The position numbers were made by a program, and so were the translations under genes. 40,121 nt of DNA from a virus (taxonomy: Duplodnaviria; Caudoviricetes): positions 1-40,121 of IMG/VR virus record IMGVR_UViG_3300049049_000041; one strand, 5' to 3'. Within the stretch, counting starts at the first letter, position 1; every line of letters starts with the position of its first letter. Under the pieces are notes generated by a model. It was not told where the DNA came from. It searched no databases and saw only the letters and a list, made by a program, of their open reading frames with translations. Shown here piece after piece: positions 17,580 to 25,880 of this stretch.

Positions 17580-19227
17580 ACGGCCTTCTAGGCAACCTCG
17601 TAGACGTGAGACTATTGAGACTACCACTGTTAGAGATTTTGGTGGTGGTCTTAATGTTGTTGATAATGATTTGAACCTTTCATCTAGATTTGCAAAGGTT
17701 CTAAAGAATATGTTCCGTGCCCCAGATGGATCTGTACAGGTTCGCTGGGGCACGCGTCTGTTTGCAAACATTCGCACTGTTCCATCCCTGTCTAGTGATG
17801 CGCTGTTGAATATGACATATTTTAACAACCGCATTATCTTTGTATCTGCTGGTGGTACTATTGGCAGTATTACAAGTGCCGGTGTTATCACTGTGCATTG
17901 GACTGGTTGGAGTGCAGGCATTAAGTCTGTTGCTAACTTTGCTCAATTCAGAGGCAGCCTGATCATTGTCAATGGCATTGATAAGCCTGTGATTATGAAC
18001 AATACATTCTCTGTTTCATTCTTGCAGGACTTAGCAACTAGTAGTAACATTAATGTACCCATCACTCGCTTTGTAGCTGCTTACGGTAACTATCTTGTTA
18101 TGGCTGGTGATGCACTTAACGAAGATAGAGTTCACATCAGCAACAAGTATGCTAGTGGTACTTGGTTTGGTGATGCTCCGCCTAATGATGCTACACGAAT
18201 TGATTTGGGCAGCATCATTACTACAGGGTCGCAGAGGATTACTGGACTTGTCGGCTTTCGGGATAAGCTGCTCGTATCTACTGCATCGACTATGATCCCT
18301 GGAACACTTGGTATCTATGATAGTAGTAATGCACACACGCCAGACTTCAAAGAAACTATTGAGCAGTATGGAGCCATTTCTCATAGAAGTATGCAGTCTC
18401 TTGGCGATGATGTGTACTTTGCTGATCTTGTCGGTGTTCCTGCACTAACTAGAACTGTTTACAATGCAAGCATCAGACCGTCTCGAATTTCACAATTGAT
18501 TGATCCAGAGATCCAAGATGCGTTGGGTAATATTACGACGCTATTGGGTTTAGAGCAAAATGTCTTTTCTGTGTATAATCAAGCAGAAGGACAATATATG
18601 CTCTTTATTCCTAATGCATCTGATATAGACACAGCTACGGAGAGTAAGTGCTTTGTGTATACGAGCATTCCAACACTAGATGTAAAAGCATGGAGCATCT
18701 TTGAAGGTTGGAATTTCTGCTGTGCCTGTAGATCTCTTGAAGGACGCATCTTCTTTGGTAGTCGCAATGGTCGTATTTACGTGTATGGAAACAAACAAGA
18801 TGAAATTCATGCTGATCTGATTAATGATCCTGATGTAGGTGTTGCTGGCAAGGACATTGAATTCGATTGGCAGTGGCCGTGGGCAGACTTCGACAAGCGT
18901 ATGAACATCAAGATCAGCAAGTATATTCAGTTTGATACCAAGGGCGGTGCTGAGTTTACGTGTAGTATGTTTATTGACAATGCCATTACTGATGTAGATG
19001 GTAACTATTCACCTATCATCAGTATGGATCTTGTCGGTGGCGATGCTCCTGGCTTTGGTGGCGGTGAACAGCCATACGGTGCCGGAAGACGTGCAGTTGA
19101 TGAACGGTTGTGGGCGTGGCCCTCTAAGTTCAAGATTGCTAAGTTGCGTTTTCATGGAGCAACTAAAGAAGCACTTAAGATCGTTGCTATTACTCTTGGT
19201 TACAGCAACGGCAGCATTCGGAGGTAA
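17569..19227 (+). CDS. Putative tail nozzle / tubular protein B (beta-propeller)
   Basis: DFGGGLN N-terminus, beta-rich repeats, position after adaptor. Confidence 0.75.
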   Translation: MFGKRPSRQPRRRETIETTTVRDFGGGLNVVDNDLNLSSRFAKVLKNMFRAPDGSVQVRWGTRLFANIRTVPSLSSDALLNMTYFNNRIIFVSAGGTIGSITSAGVITVHWTGWSAGIKSVANFAQFRGSLIIVNGIDKPVIMNNTFSVSFLQDLATSSNINVPITRFVAAYGNYLVMAGDALNEDRVHISNKYASGTWFGDAPPNDATRIDLGSIITTGSQRITGLVGFRDKLLVSTASTMIPGTLGIYDSSNAHTPDFKETIEQYGAISHRSMQSLGDDVYFADLVGVPALTRTVYNASIRPSRISQLIDPEIQDALGNITTLLGLEQNVFSVYNQAEGQYMLFIPNASDIDTATESKCFVYTSIPTLDVKAWSIFEGWNFCCACRSLEGRIFFGSRNGRIYVYGNKQDEIHADLINDPDVGVAGKDIEFDWQWPWADFDKRMNIKISKYIQFDTKGGAEFTCSMFIDNAITDVDGNYSPIISMDLVGGDAPGFGGGEQPYGAGRRAVDERLWAWPSKFKIAKLRFHGATKEALKIVAITLGYSNGSIRR

Positions 19228-19229
19228 TA

Positions 19230-20945
19230 ATGGCTGCAATCAATGGCTACACTACGAACTACAAGTTCAAGCTAATCAACTTCAATCAGTCGCCTTGGCA
19301 TAACCATGAATATGACAATTGGCGAACGATTGATACACTACTAACGCAATATATGTCCATTAACAACGTACAGGGTGTTTGGGCACAAAGTACTAACTAT
19401 GCTGTTGGAGATCGCCTAATTGATGGTGATGCTGGTCAGCTTTTTGAATGTGCTGTTGCTCATAACTCTGGTAATACGTATGCCACTTTTGAAGGATATC
19501 GTACTGCTAATCCAACACATTGGCAGGCGTTTTCTGGTGTTGCCCTGGCAGAAGATTGGGCACATAAAGAAGGCTCCACTGTAGATGGTACAGAGTATTC
19601 TGCAAAAGAATATGCTGTCGGAATTGCTACAGTAATGGGATCAGCCAAAGAGTGGGCAACTGTCACAGGTGCTACTGTTGCTGGTGGCGAATATTCTGCT
19701 AAAGAATGGGCAATTGGTACTGTAGTTGCTGCTGGCTCGGCAAAGTCACATGCCGAAAATGCAAACACGTCTGCAACTGTAGCAACGAATAAGGCTAGTG
19801 AAGCTGCGACGAGCGCCAACAATGCAGCTACAAGTGCAACTAACGCTGCTTCGTCAGCAAGTACTGCGACTACTAAAGCATCTGAGGCGGCTACCAGTGC
19901 TTCTAATGCTGCAACGAGTGCGGCTGCTTCATCAAATAGTGCAACCGCTGCAAATGCAAGTGCCGCTTCTGCTGCTGCAAATGCCATTATTGCTGAAACT
20001 TTTTCAGACACTATTATTGATGCCCTCGATCGTCATCTATCATTTAAGAATGCGCTATTAAACGGTTCTTTTCAGATTTGGCAGAGAGTAGGTAATCAAC
20101 AGATCCAGCCAAACACGACACACTTCCTCGCAGACCATTGGTATATGTGGAATGCTGGTGGTGCTGTAAATGATTTTATGGCTGATCTGCATGTTGATGC
20201 AAATGGCCAAACCTGGATTAAGATTACAAACAACGTTTATAAGGCAATTGGAAGTACACAAAGATTTGCACAGATTGTAGAGACTGCTGATGTTAGACGC
20301 CATTGTGGACAACCTATTACTGTTTCATTCACAGTAATGTCGGATGGTAATTGGAATGTTCCTATTTATCCAATACTTGCATTGGGTACAGGAACAAACG
20401 AAGGATCAACTTCTTTAGAAACTGGTGCTTGGGCAGGCATCCAATTTCTTTGGAATACACCAATCACTGTGAACACCACTGAAACACGTTATGAATTTAG
20501 TACAACTGTTCCGGTTACTGCACGAGAAATGGCTTTTAAGATCCACTTTGATAACAGCAATCTTGCTGCTGGAGCGGATTTGTATATCAAAGATGTCATG
20601 ATTGAAGCAGGAAATGCCGCTAGTGGTTATGAGCGTTTGCCTTATGCTATCGAAGAAATGCGGTGTCGTAGGTTTGCACAATGGATCCCTTATTCTGGTC
20701 GTTTCTATGCCCCAACAGGTGGTGCTGTTGTTGAACATCTAATTACATTTGGTGTTCCAATGAGAGCAACGCCAACAATTAACACTGCTGTAGTTGATCC
20801 TGCTCTTTCACAGACTCAAACTAATGTTGCCGCATCAAGTGTTATGAGACAATCTCCTCACGGTGCTACTCTATTCATACAAGCAACGGGTGTAGGTGAC
20901 TGTTATATTCTTGGCTATCGTGCTCTTGCTGTTGCGGAGTTGTAA
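19230..20945 (+). CDS. Tail fibre / receptor-binding protein
   Basis: WAQSTNYAVGD module, SAKE(Y/W)A repeats, Ala/Ser/Thr stalk, KNALLNGSFQIWQR head start. Confidence 0.85.
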   Translation: MAAINGYTTNYKFKLINFNQSPWHNHEYDNWRTIDTLLTQYMSINNVQGVWAQSTNYAVGDRLIDGDAGQLFECAVAHNSGNTYATFEGYRTANPTHWQAFSGVALAEDWAHKEGSTVDGTEYSAKEYAVGIATVMGSAKEWATVTGATVAGGEYSAKEWAIGTVVAAGSAKSHAENANTSATVATNKASEAATSANNAATSATNAASSASTATTKASEAATSASNAATSAAASSNSATAANASAASAAANAIIAETFSDTIIDALDRHLSFKNALLNGSFQIWQRVGNQQIQPNTTHFLADHWYMWNAGGAVNDFMADLHVDANGQTWIKITNNVYKAIGSTQRFAQIVETADVRRHCGQPITVSFTVMSDGNWNVPIYPILALGTGTNEGSTSLETGAWAGIQFLWNTPITVNTTETRYEFSTTVPVTAREMAFKIHFDNSNLAAGADLYIKDVMIEAGNAASGYERLPYAIEEMRCRRFAQWIPYSGRFYAPTGGAVVEHLITFGVPMRATPTINTAVVDPALSQTQTNVAASSVMRQSPHGATLFIQATGVGDCYILGYRALAVAEL

Positions 20946-20947
20946 TC

Positions 20948-21334
20948 ATGTCATATAAGCTAATCCACAATAGTACTAACATCCTTAGACTGAGTGATGG
21001 TGCTATTATTCCTGCTGACTTTGAAAATGGTGACTATAAAACTTACCTATTTTGGTGTAGTGAAAACAATACACCTGAACCTGCGGATATTGGTACTTCT
21101 GACGTTTCACAATCTGTATCACCCGTACAGGCCAGAAGAGCTATTATACAGGCAGGACTTAAGCAGCAAGTTGATGACTATATTGCGGCTGCAAGTGATG
21201 AAGTCAAATTATGGTGGGAATATGCTACAGTAATCGAACGTAATCATCCTGAAATAGAAAACGCTCGTATTGCATTGGGCATGAGTTCCGAAGACTTAGA
21301 TATGCTGTTTGTCTTGGCAGGCAGTATGGCCTAG
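20948..21334 (+). CDS. Putative tail fibre assembly protein
   Basis: RLSDGAIIPADFENGDY...W...NTPEPAD; follows fibre gene. Confidence 0.65.
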   Translation: MSYKLIHNSTNILRLSDGAIIPADFENGDYKTYLFWCSENNTPEPADIGTSDVSQSVSPVQARRAIIQAGLKQQVDDYIAAASDEVKLWWEYATVIERNHPEIENARIALGMSSEDLDMLFVLAGSMA

Positions 21335-21462
21335 ACGCTCGCGAGAAGGCCGGTGAGCGTGCTCTGATGTGGCGGGCTATGCTTACCGGCCTCTCTGTGG
21401 TACGGTGCTCTATCAGCCTGTGGTGGCGTGGACGGCGGCGCTGTTCTGTGGGACAATAGAGA

Positions 21463-21711
21463 ATGGACACGAACGTCGTCATTGCTATTGCAAGTGTTGT
21501 ACTTGCTGGTGTTGTTCAACTGTGTGTTATTGCTGTTTGGGCAGGGCGTATTTCTTCTCGTATTCAGTTTGTTGAGGACTGGATTAAAATGCATGGTGCT
21601 ATTCCTGAACGCATTGTTCGTCTGGAAACCACATTGCATGACATTCGTAACAGTCTTCAAGAGATCAAAGGATACATTAAAAAGGTAACTAAGGTCGGTG
21701 GAGACGAATAA
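21463..21711 (+). CDS. Membrane protein, holin/antiholin candidate
   Basis: N-terminal hydrophobic helix plus coiled coil; directly before endolysin. Confidence 0.6.
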   Translation: MDTNVVIAIASVVLAGVVQLCVIAVWAGRISSRIQFVEDWIKMHGAIPERIVRLETTLHDIRNSLQEIKGYIKKVTKVGGDE

Positions 21712-22235
21712 TGAATGTTATCCACAACATTATCAAACGAGAAGGTGGCTATGTCAATCATCCAGCAGATAAAGGTGGCCCTACTAACAAAGGTATCACT
21801 CTTAAGACACTCTCAGAATGGCTGGATCGTGAAGCTACGATTGAAGATTTGAAGAAGCTAGACTATGCAGATGTTTATAATATCTATGAGAAAAAGTACT
21901 TCTTGAAACCTGGTTTTGATAAACTAAGCATTCCGAAACTACAAGAACTAGCTACTGATATTGCTGTGCTACATGGTCAGTCTAGGGCAATTAGGTGGAT
22001 GCAAGAAGTCTGTAATGAAATGTTCAACTCTTATCTTGTTACTGATGGTGTGCTTGGTCCGAAAACTATTTCTGTCGTTCACGCTAAGTATTGCTCAGCA
22101 TTCTATGCAGCATACCTAGCTAAACGCTATGAATTTGTTGCAGACATCGTTGCTACTGATCCATCGCAACGAGTGTTTCTTAGGGGATGGATCAATCGTT
22201 GTAATGAGTTTCTTAGAGATCTAGGGAGAATGTAA
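21711..22235 (+). CDS. Endolysin, glycoside hydrolase family 108 with C-terminal peptidoglycan-binding region
   Basis: REGGYVNHPADKGGPTNKGIT; DGVLGPKT; FLRGWINR. Confidence 0.93.
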   Translation: MNVIHNIIKREGGYVNHPADKGGPTNKGITLKTLSEWLDREATIEDLKKLDYADVYNIYEKKYFLKPGFDKLSIPKLQELATDIAVLHGQSRAIRWMQEVCNEMFNSYLVTDGVLGPKTISVVHAKYCSAFYAAYLAKRYEFVADIVATDPSQRVFLRGWINRCNEFLRDLGRM

Positions 22236-22236
22236 G

Positions 22237-22395
22237 ATGAACTGGCTCACTCAGCGTACTACTATTGTCGGTATTATGACGCTTCTCGCTTCTGCTGGCA
22301 TCCAGATTTCACCTGAAATGCAGAGTGCTATTGCAGAGGTTATTGTTCCGCTTATTGGTCTCATTGCACTGGTCATTAACGACAAGAGGCATTAA
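22237..22395 (+). CDS. Small two-TM holin-like protein (52 aa, not in ORF track)
   Basis: MNWLTQRTTIVGIMTLLASAGIQISPEMQSAIAEVIVPLIGLIALVINDKRH; GGAG RBS. Confidence 0.75.
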   Translation: MNWLTQRTTIVGIMTLLASAGIQISPEMQSAIAEVIVPLIGLIALVINDKRH

Positions 22396-22415
22396 TAGCC
22401 AATACGTGTTGGATG
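22396..22415. promoter_or_regulatory. 20-bp palindromic motif copy
   Basis: TAGCCAA TACGTG TTGGATG. Confidence 0.85.
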
Positions 22416-22464
22416 CATGCGGTGGTTGTGGTGCTACAATGTCACAGCCCCGCATGCACTTTCT
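22414..22464 (+). terminator. Long hairpin, probable terminator after lysis genes
   Basis: TGCATGCGG-T-GGTTGTGG...TCACAGCC-CCGCATGCA then CTTTCT. Confidence 0.65.
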
Positions 22465-22466
22465 GC

Positions 22467-22494
22467 TTGACAAGTTAGGAATGTACGGTAAAAT
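22467..22494 (+). promoter_or_regulatory. Sigma70 promoter for GNAT/ejection operon
   Basis: TTGACA-16 nt-TAAAAT. Confidence 0.7.
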
Positions 22495-22529
22495 ATCTTA
22501 TTCGCGATAGCGACCCCCACACAAACAAA

Positions 22530-22549
22530 TAACCAACACGTATTGGATA
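22530..22549. promoter_or_regulatory. 20-bp palindromic motif copy
   Basis: TAACCAA CACGTA TTGGATA, 6 nt before ATG. Confidence 0.85.
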
Positions 22550-22555
22550 TGTATC

Positions 22556-23026
22556 ATGCAGGTTCGTGATGCTGTTATTGATGATATACCGACTATTGTT
22601 GAGTTGACTCATCAGATGCAGCAAGAAAACGCACCGCAGATACCTATTGATGAAGTTCATTTGATTAAACAAGTGCTTAATGCTATGGCTGCTGATCATA
22701 TGTGTACGAAAGTTGTCGTCACTAATGATAATGTTGCCGTTGGTTTCATTTATGGATATGTAAGCAATTACATCTTCTCTAAAAACTTACTAGCACAACA
22801 AGAACTTTGGTTTGTTAGTAAGACTTACCGCTCCACTAGGGCACCATTGCTGTTGCTAAGAAGCTTTATGCAGTGGGCTAATGAACGTGGTGCGTGCCAA
22901 GTATTCTTTGGGGCGCTGAAGAATAATCTTGAAGATGCAGAGAAAATCACTCGTATCTTTGAGAAACTTGGTTGTACGCATGTCGGTCATTATTACAGAG
23001 TGGAGAACCTGAACAATGTTCGGTGA
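22556..23026 (+). CDS. GNAT-family acetyltransferase
   Basis: MQVRDAVIDDIPTI...WFVSKTYRST...WANERGA...FEKLG. Confidence 0.85.
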   Translation: MQVRDAVIDDIPTIVELTHQMQQENAPQIPIDEVHLIKQVLNAMAADHMCTKVVVTNDNVAVGFIYGYVSNYIFSKNLLAQQELWFVSKTYRSTRAPLLLLRSFMQWANERGACQVFFGALKNNLEDAEKITRIFEKLGCTHVGHYYRVENLNNVR

Positions 23027-23999
23027 CTATCGCAAGCGTCGTACTAAGTATGCTGGCCAGATTGGTGGTCGAGTAGAGAAGAGGTTCAAGGGCGGTACTA
23101 GTGTGCAAGCTCCACCGGAACCGCCTAAGCCTACTTATACGGCTGAAGATGGGACTGTGTTCGATGATATGACGCAGTTCAACAGCTATAATACCAATCT
23201 GAAACGCAATAAGTTCAATCAGCAGCTAACATCTGCACGTCAGAATTCATTCAATGCTGCTCGCAAATCCTTTGAAGGACGTGGGCTCAACTTTGATGAT
23301 TATGACGAGATTGTTAACGCAGAGCTAGATAATATCGCAAAAGCTGTACCTGATCTTGGCAACCCTGATCAGTTCTTTGGTAATAGTGTTGGCGATCAGA
23401 TCATTAGTTCCAAAGAAAATGCCGCTCGTAGTCAATATGGTCAGCAAGTTGGTAGTAAGTTTGGCACTGGCTTTGAGCAAAAGACGTTTGCCGATACTGC
23501 TGATGATGCAATCATTGATCAGCTTTTCAATGAGCAATACACGCCTGCAACTGATTACATTGCCAGAGCCAAGCAGCGTGGTACTCTAAGCGATAGTGGC
23601 TATCAGTATGCACTCAACAATCTGAACAACATGGGCACCGCTGCTCGTAGTAAATTGCAGACTGTTGGTGGAGACGTACTGAACAAGTATCGCACAGAAA
23701 TTGGTGGCATTGGTTCTAGTGCTCGTAATGCTGCGAATAACTATAGATTGGGTGAGACTTTTGACTTTGACAGTTATCTAAATCAGTTCAACAACAAGGT
23801 CAGCGAGTTCAATAATCGTATGGGTGGCGACATTCGTGCTGCTCTTGGTAATGAACAATTGTTTGATCTTGATCAGTTGATCGCTCGTGCAGGAAGCTTC
23901 CAGGGTCCGCAGAATACTGTAACTCTTCTCAGCGCTCTTGAAGAGGAAGAGAAGAAGAGACAGCAACAGCGTGGTCTTGGCGGTAGTGGGGTGTTCTAA
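23016..23999 (+). CDS. Putative internal virion (ejection) protein
   Basis: No Cys/His/Trp, Gln/Asn-rich, follows GNAT. Confidence 0.7.
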   Translation: MFGDYRKRRTKYAGQIGGRVEKRFKGGTSVQAPPEPPKPTYTAEDGTVFDDMTQFNSYNTNLKRNKFNQQLTSARQNSFNAARKSFEGRGLNFDDYDEIVNAELDNIAKAVPDLGNPDQFFGNSVGDQIISSKENAARSQYGQQVGSKFGTGFEQKTFADTADDAIIDQLFNEQYTPATDYIARAKQRGTLSDSGYQYALNNLNNMGTAARSKLQTVGGDVLNKYRTEIGGIGSSARNAANNYRLGETFDFDSYLNQFNNKVSEFNNRMGGDIRAALGNEQLFDLDQLIARAGSFQGPQNTVTLLSALEEEEKKRQQQRGLGGSGVF

Positions 24000-25015
24000 T
24001 GGTTGCTCCTGCAATTGTTGCTGCTGGTATTGGGGCAGGTGGCTCCATCATTAGTGGCCTTATTGGTGCTGGTGCTGCTCGTCAACAAGCTAGTTTGCAG
24101 GCAGCACTTGGTCAGCTTCAACTTAATCAGGCAGCTAAGCAATTCAATGCTAGTGTTGCTAAGCAGACGAATGCGCGCGGCGATCAGGTTATTTACGATC
24201 CCACTACTAATCAGTGGATCTCTATACTGTCGCCACAAGGAAGAGCGCTGCAATCTGCTAGTGATGCAGAAGAGTTGCAGCGCCTTACTGTTGATGCGCC
24301 ACTACGTCGTGAAGGTCTAGTTGCTAATGCCACTAGACGTCGGGAAGAAGGCTCTCTTGCTGATGCTCTCATGCGTAATGTGCGAGACGATCAGGTATCA
24401 GGAGGTAAATACAATGCCGGTGCTCTTGCTTCTTCTATTCGGTCTGATCGTAAAGCTGCCATCGATAATGCTTTCGATGATGACCTGAACCTTGTTCTGC
24501 GTTCTGCTATGCGTTCTGGTGCTAGCAATCAGGATGAAATGATCCGTTCTAGTGGTAGGGAGCGAGCTAAATCGTATCTCACTATGATGGGCAATCCTGA
24601 TCTTGAAGGTGAACAGGCCGCACAATCTCTAAATGCTAATAATACTGGTGATTTGCTAAATCGTTATACTACACTAGCTTCTCGTGCTGGTGCATTTGAC
24701 GATGGTGGCTTTGCTCCTAACCAGAGTGCGTCACTTGCAGATGCACTTATGAGCAAGGCTAGTGGTCAATCGCTGTATGGAATGCTTGGTGCTAATAGCG
24801 GACTTAATGCGGCTGCTAATACGTTTGCTCGTGCTGGTACTCCGCCAATGCTGAATAATGACATTCTCAATGGCGGCACTGCTCTCATGAAAGCTATTCT
24901 AGCTGGCATGGGCGGTGGAAATGATCAGTTTAGCAGCAATGCAGGTAAGAAGTTCTGGAGTGATGATTACGGATCTCGTACTGTTGGTAACAACGGTGCG
25001 TTTGGGAGGAACTGA
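23999..25015 (+). CDS. Putative internal virion (ejection/pilot) protein
   Basis: Gly/Ala hydrophobic N-terminus MVAPAIVAAGIGAGGSIISGLIG. Confidence 0.75.
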   Translation: MVAPAIVAAGIGAGGSIISGLIGAGAARQQASLQAALGQLQLNQAAKQFNASVAKQTNARGDQVIYDPTTNQWISILSPQGRALQSASDAEELQRLTVDAPLRREGLVANATRRREEGSLADALMRNVRDDQVSGGKYNAGALASSIRSDRKAAIDNAFDDDLNLVLRSAMRSGASNQDEMIRSSGRERAKSYLTMMGNPDLEGEQAAQSLNANNTGDLLNRYTTLASRAGAFDDGGFAPNQSASLADALMSKASGQSLYGMLGANSGLNAAANTFARAGTPPMLNNDILNGGTALMKAILAGMGGGNDQFSSNAGKKFWSDDYGSRTVGNNGAFGRN

Positions 25016-25878
25016 TGGCTGATCGTAATCGTATCACTGCACCGGCCAAGGAATTGTATCTTTCTTCGCCACTTACGCAAGCACTAGCACAGGCATCGGT
25101 GACGAACCCGAACGCTTGGGGTCATGAAGTCTTTTCGAGAATGCAAGATGTCAACAATCAGCAAGCATATGATAATGCATTGCAGGGAGCTAATCGTCTA
25201 GAACAAGCACTTGCAATGCGAGATCAGAATGTTGATCTTGCCAAAACACTTGCTAGTCAGATTGCACCTATGACTACCGCTGGTCTTAACGCTGGCAGTG
25301 TTATAAGTCAGTTTGAGACTGGTGATATTGTTCAGCCGCGTGCAGAGGTCTTTGCTCCAGCTACACAAGTTAACTTGGGCAATACCGCATCAGCATCTTT
25401 TAAGCAGTACGCAGAAGGACAGAAAGCACTTGGTGAAGCTGATCAGCAAGCTACTAATCTTGATGATCTTCTTAAGCGTGACGTTGGTAATCTCAATATC
25501 ACTCCATATGTGACTGTTGAGAACCAAGCTAAGCTGATTGACGCACAAACAGGTGGCAGCAACAATAAAGCATACTACACTGAGCAAGTTGTTGATGGTG
25601 ATAAGCTGATTACCCAGCGAATTCCAGGCATTCGTCCAGAAGGTACTGGCCCTGCAACAGCCGGTGCGCCTAATACCGCTGGAACTAATCCTGCTGCTGT
25701 TCCTTCTGTACCTCAGAATACTGCTAAGCAATATTATGAAGCACAGGCATCTAAACAAGGAGCACTGACCGTCACTAAGCAATTGCCTAATGGCGATATG
25801 CTTGTTGAGATCAGTAAAAATGGTAAAGTCATGCAGCGTATTATGCTTGATCGCAATGGACAGCCTAAGAGGCAATAA
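25015..25878 (+). CDS. Putative internal virion protein
   Basis: Cys-free, Gln/Ala-rich, coupled in operon. Confidence 0.7.
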   Translation: MADRNRITAPAKELYLSSPLTQALAQASVTNPNAWGHEVFSRMQDVNNQQAYDNALQGANRLEQALAMRDQNVDLAKTLASQIAPMTTAGLNAGSVISQFETGDIVQPRAEVFAPATQVNLGNTASASFKQYAEGQKALGEADQQATNLDDLLKRDVGNLNITPYVTVENQAKLIDAQTGGSNNKAYYTEQVVDGDKLITQRIPGIRPEGTGPATAGAPNTAGTNPAAVPSVPQNTAKQYYEAQASKQGALTVTKQLPNGDMLVEISKNGKVMQRIMLDRNGQPKRQ

Positions 25879-25880
25879 TA

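Noticed and set aside
19230-21462. Diversity-generating retroelement or invertible fibre cassette
   Set aside because: No reverse transcriptase, template repeat or invertase seen
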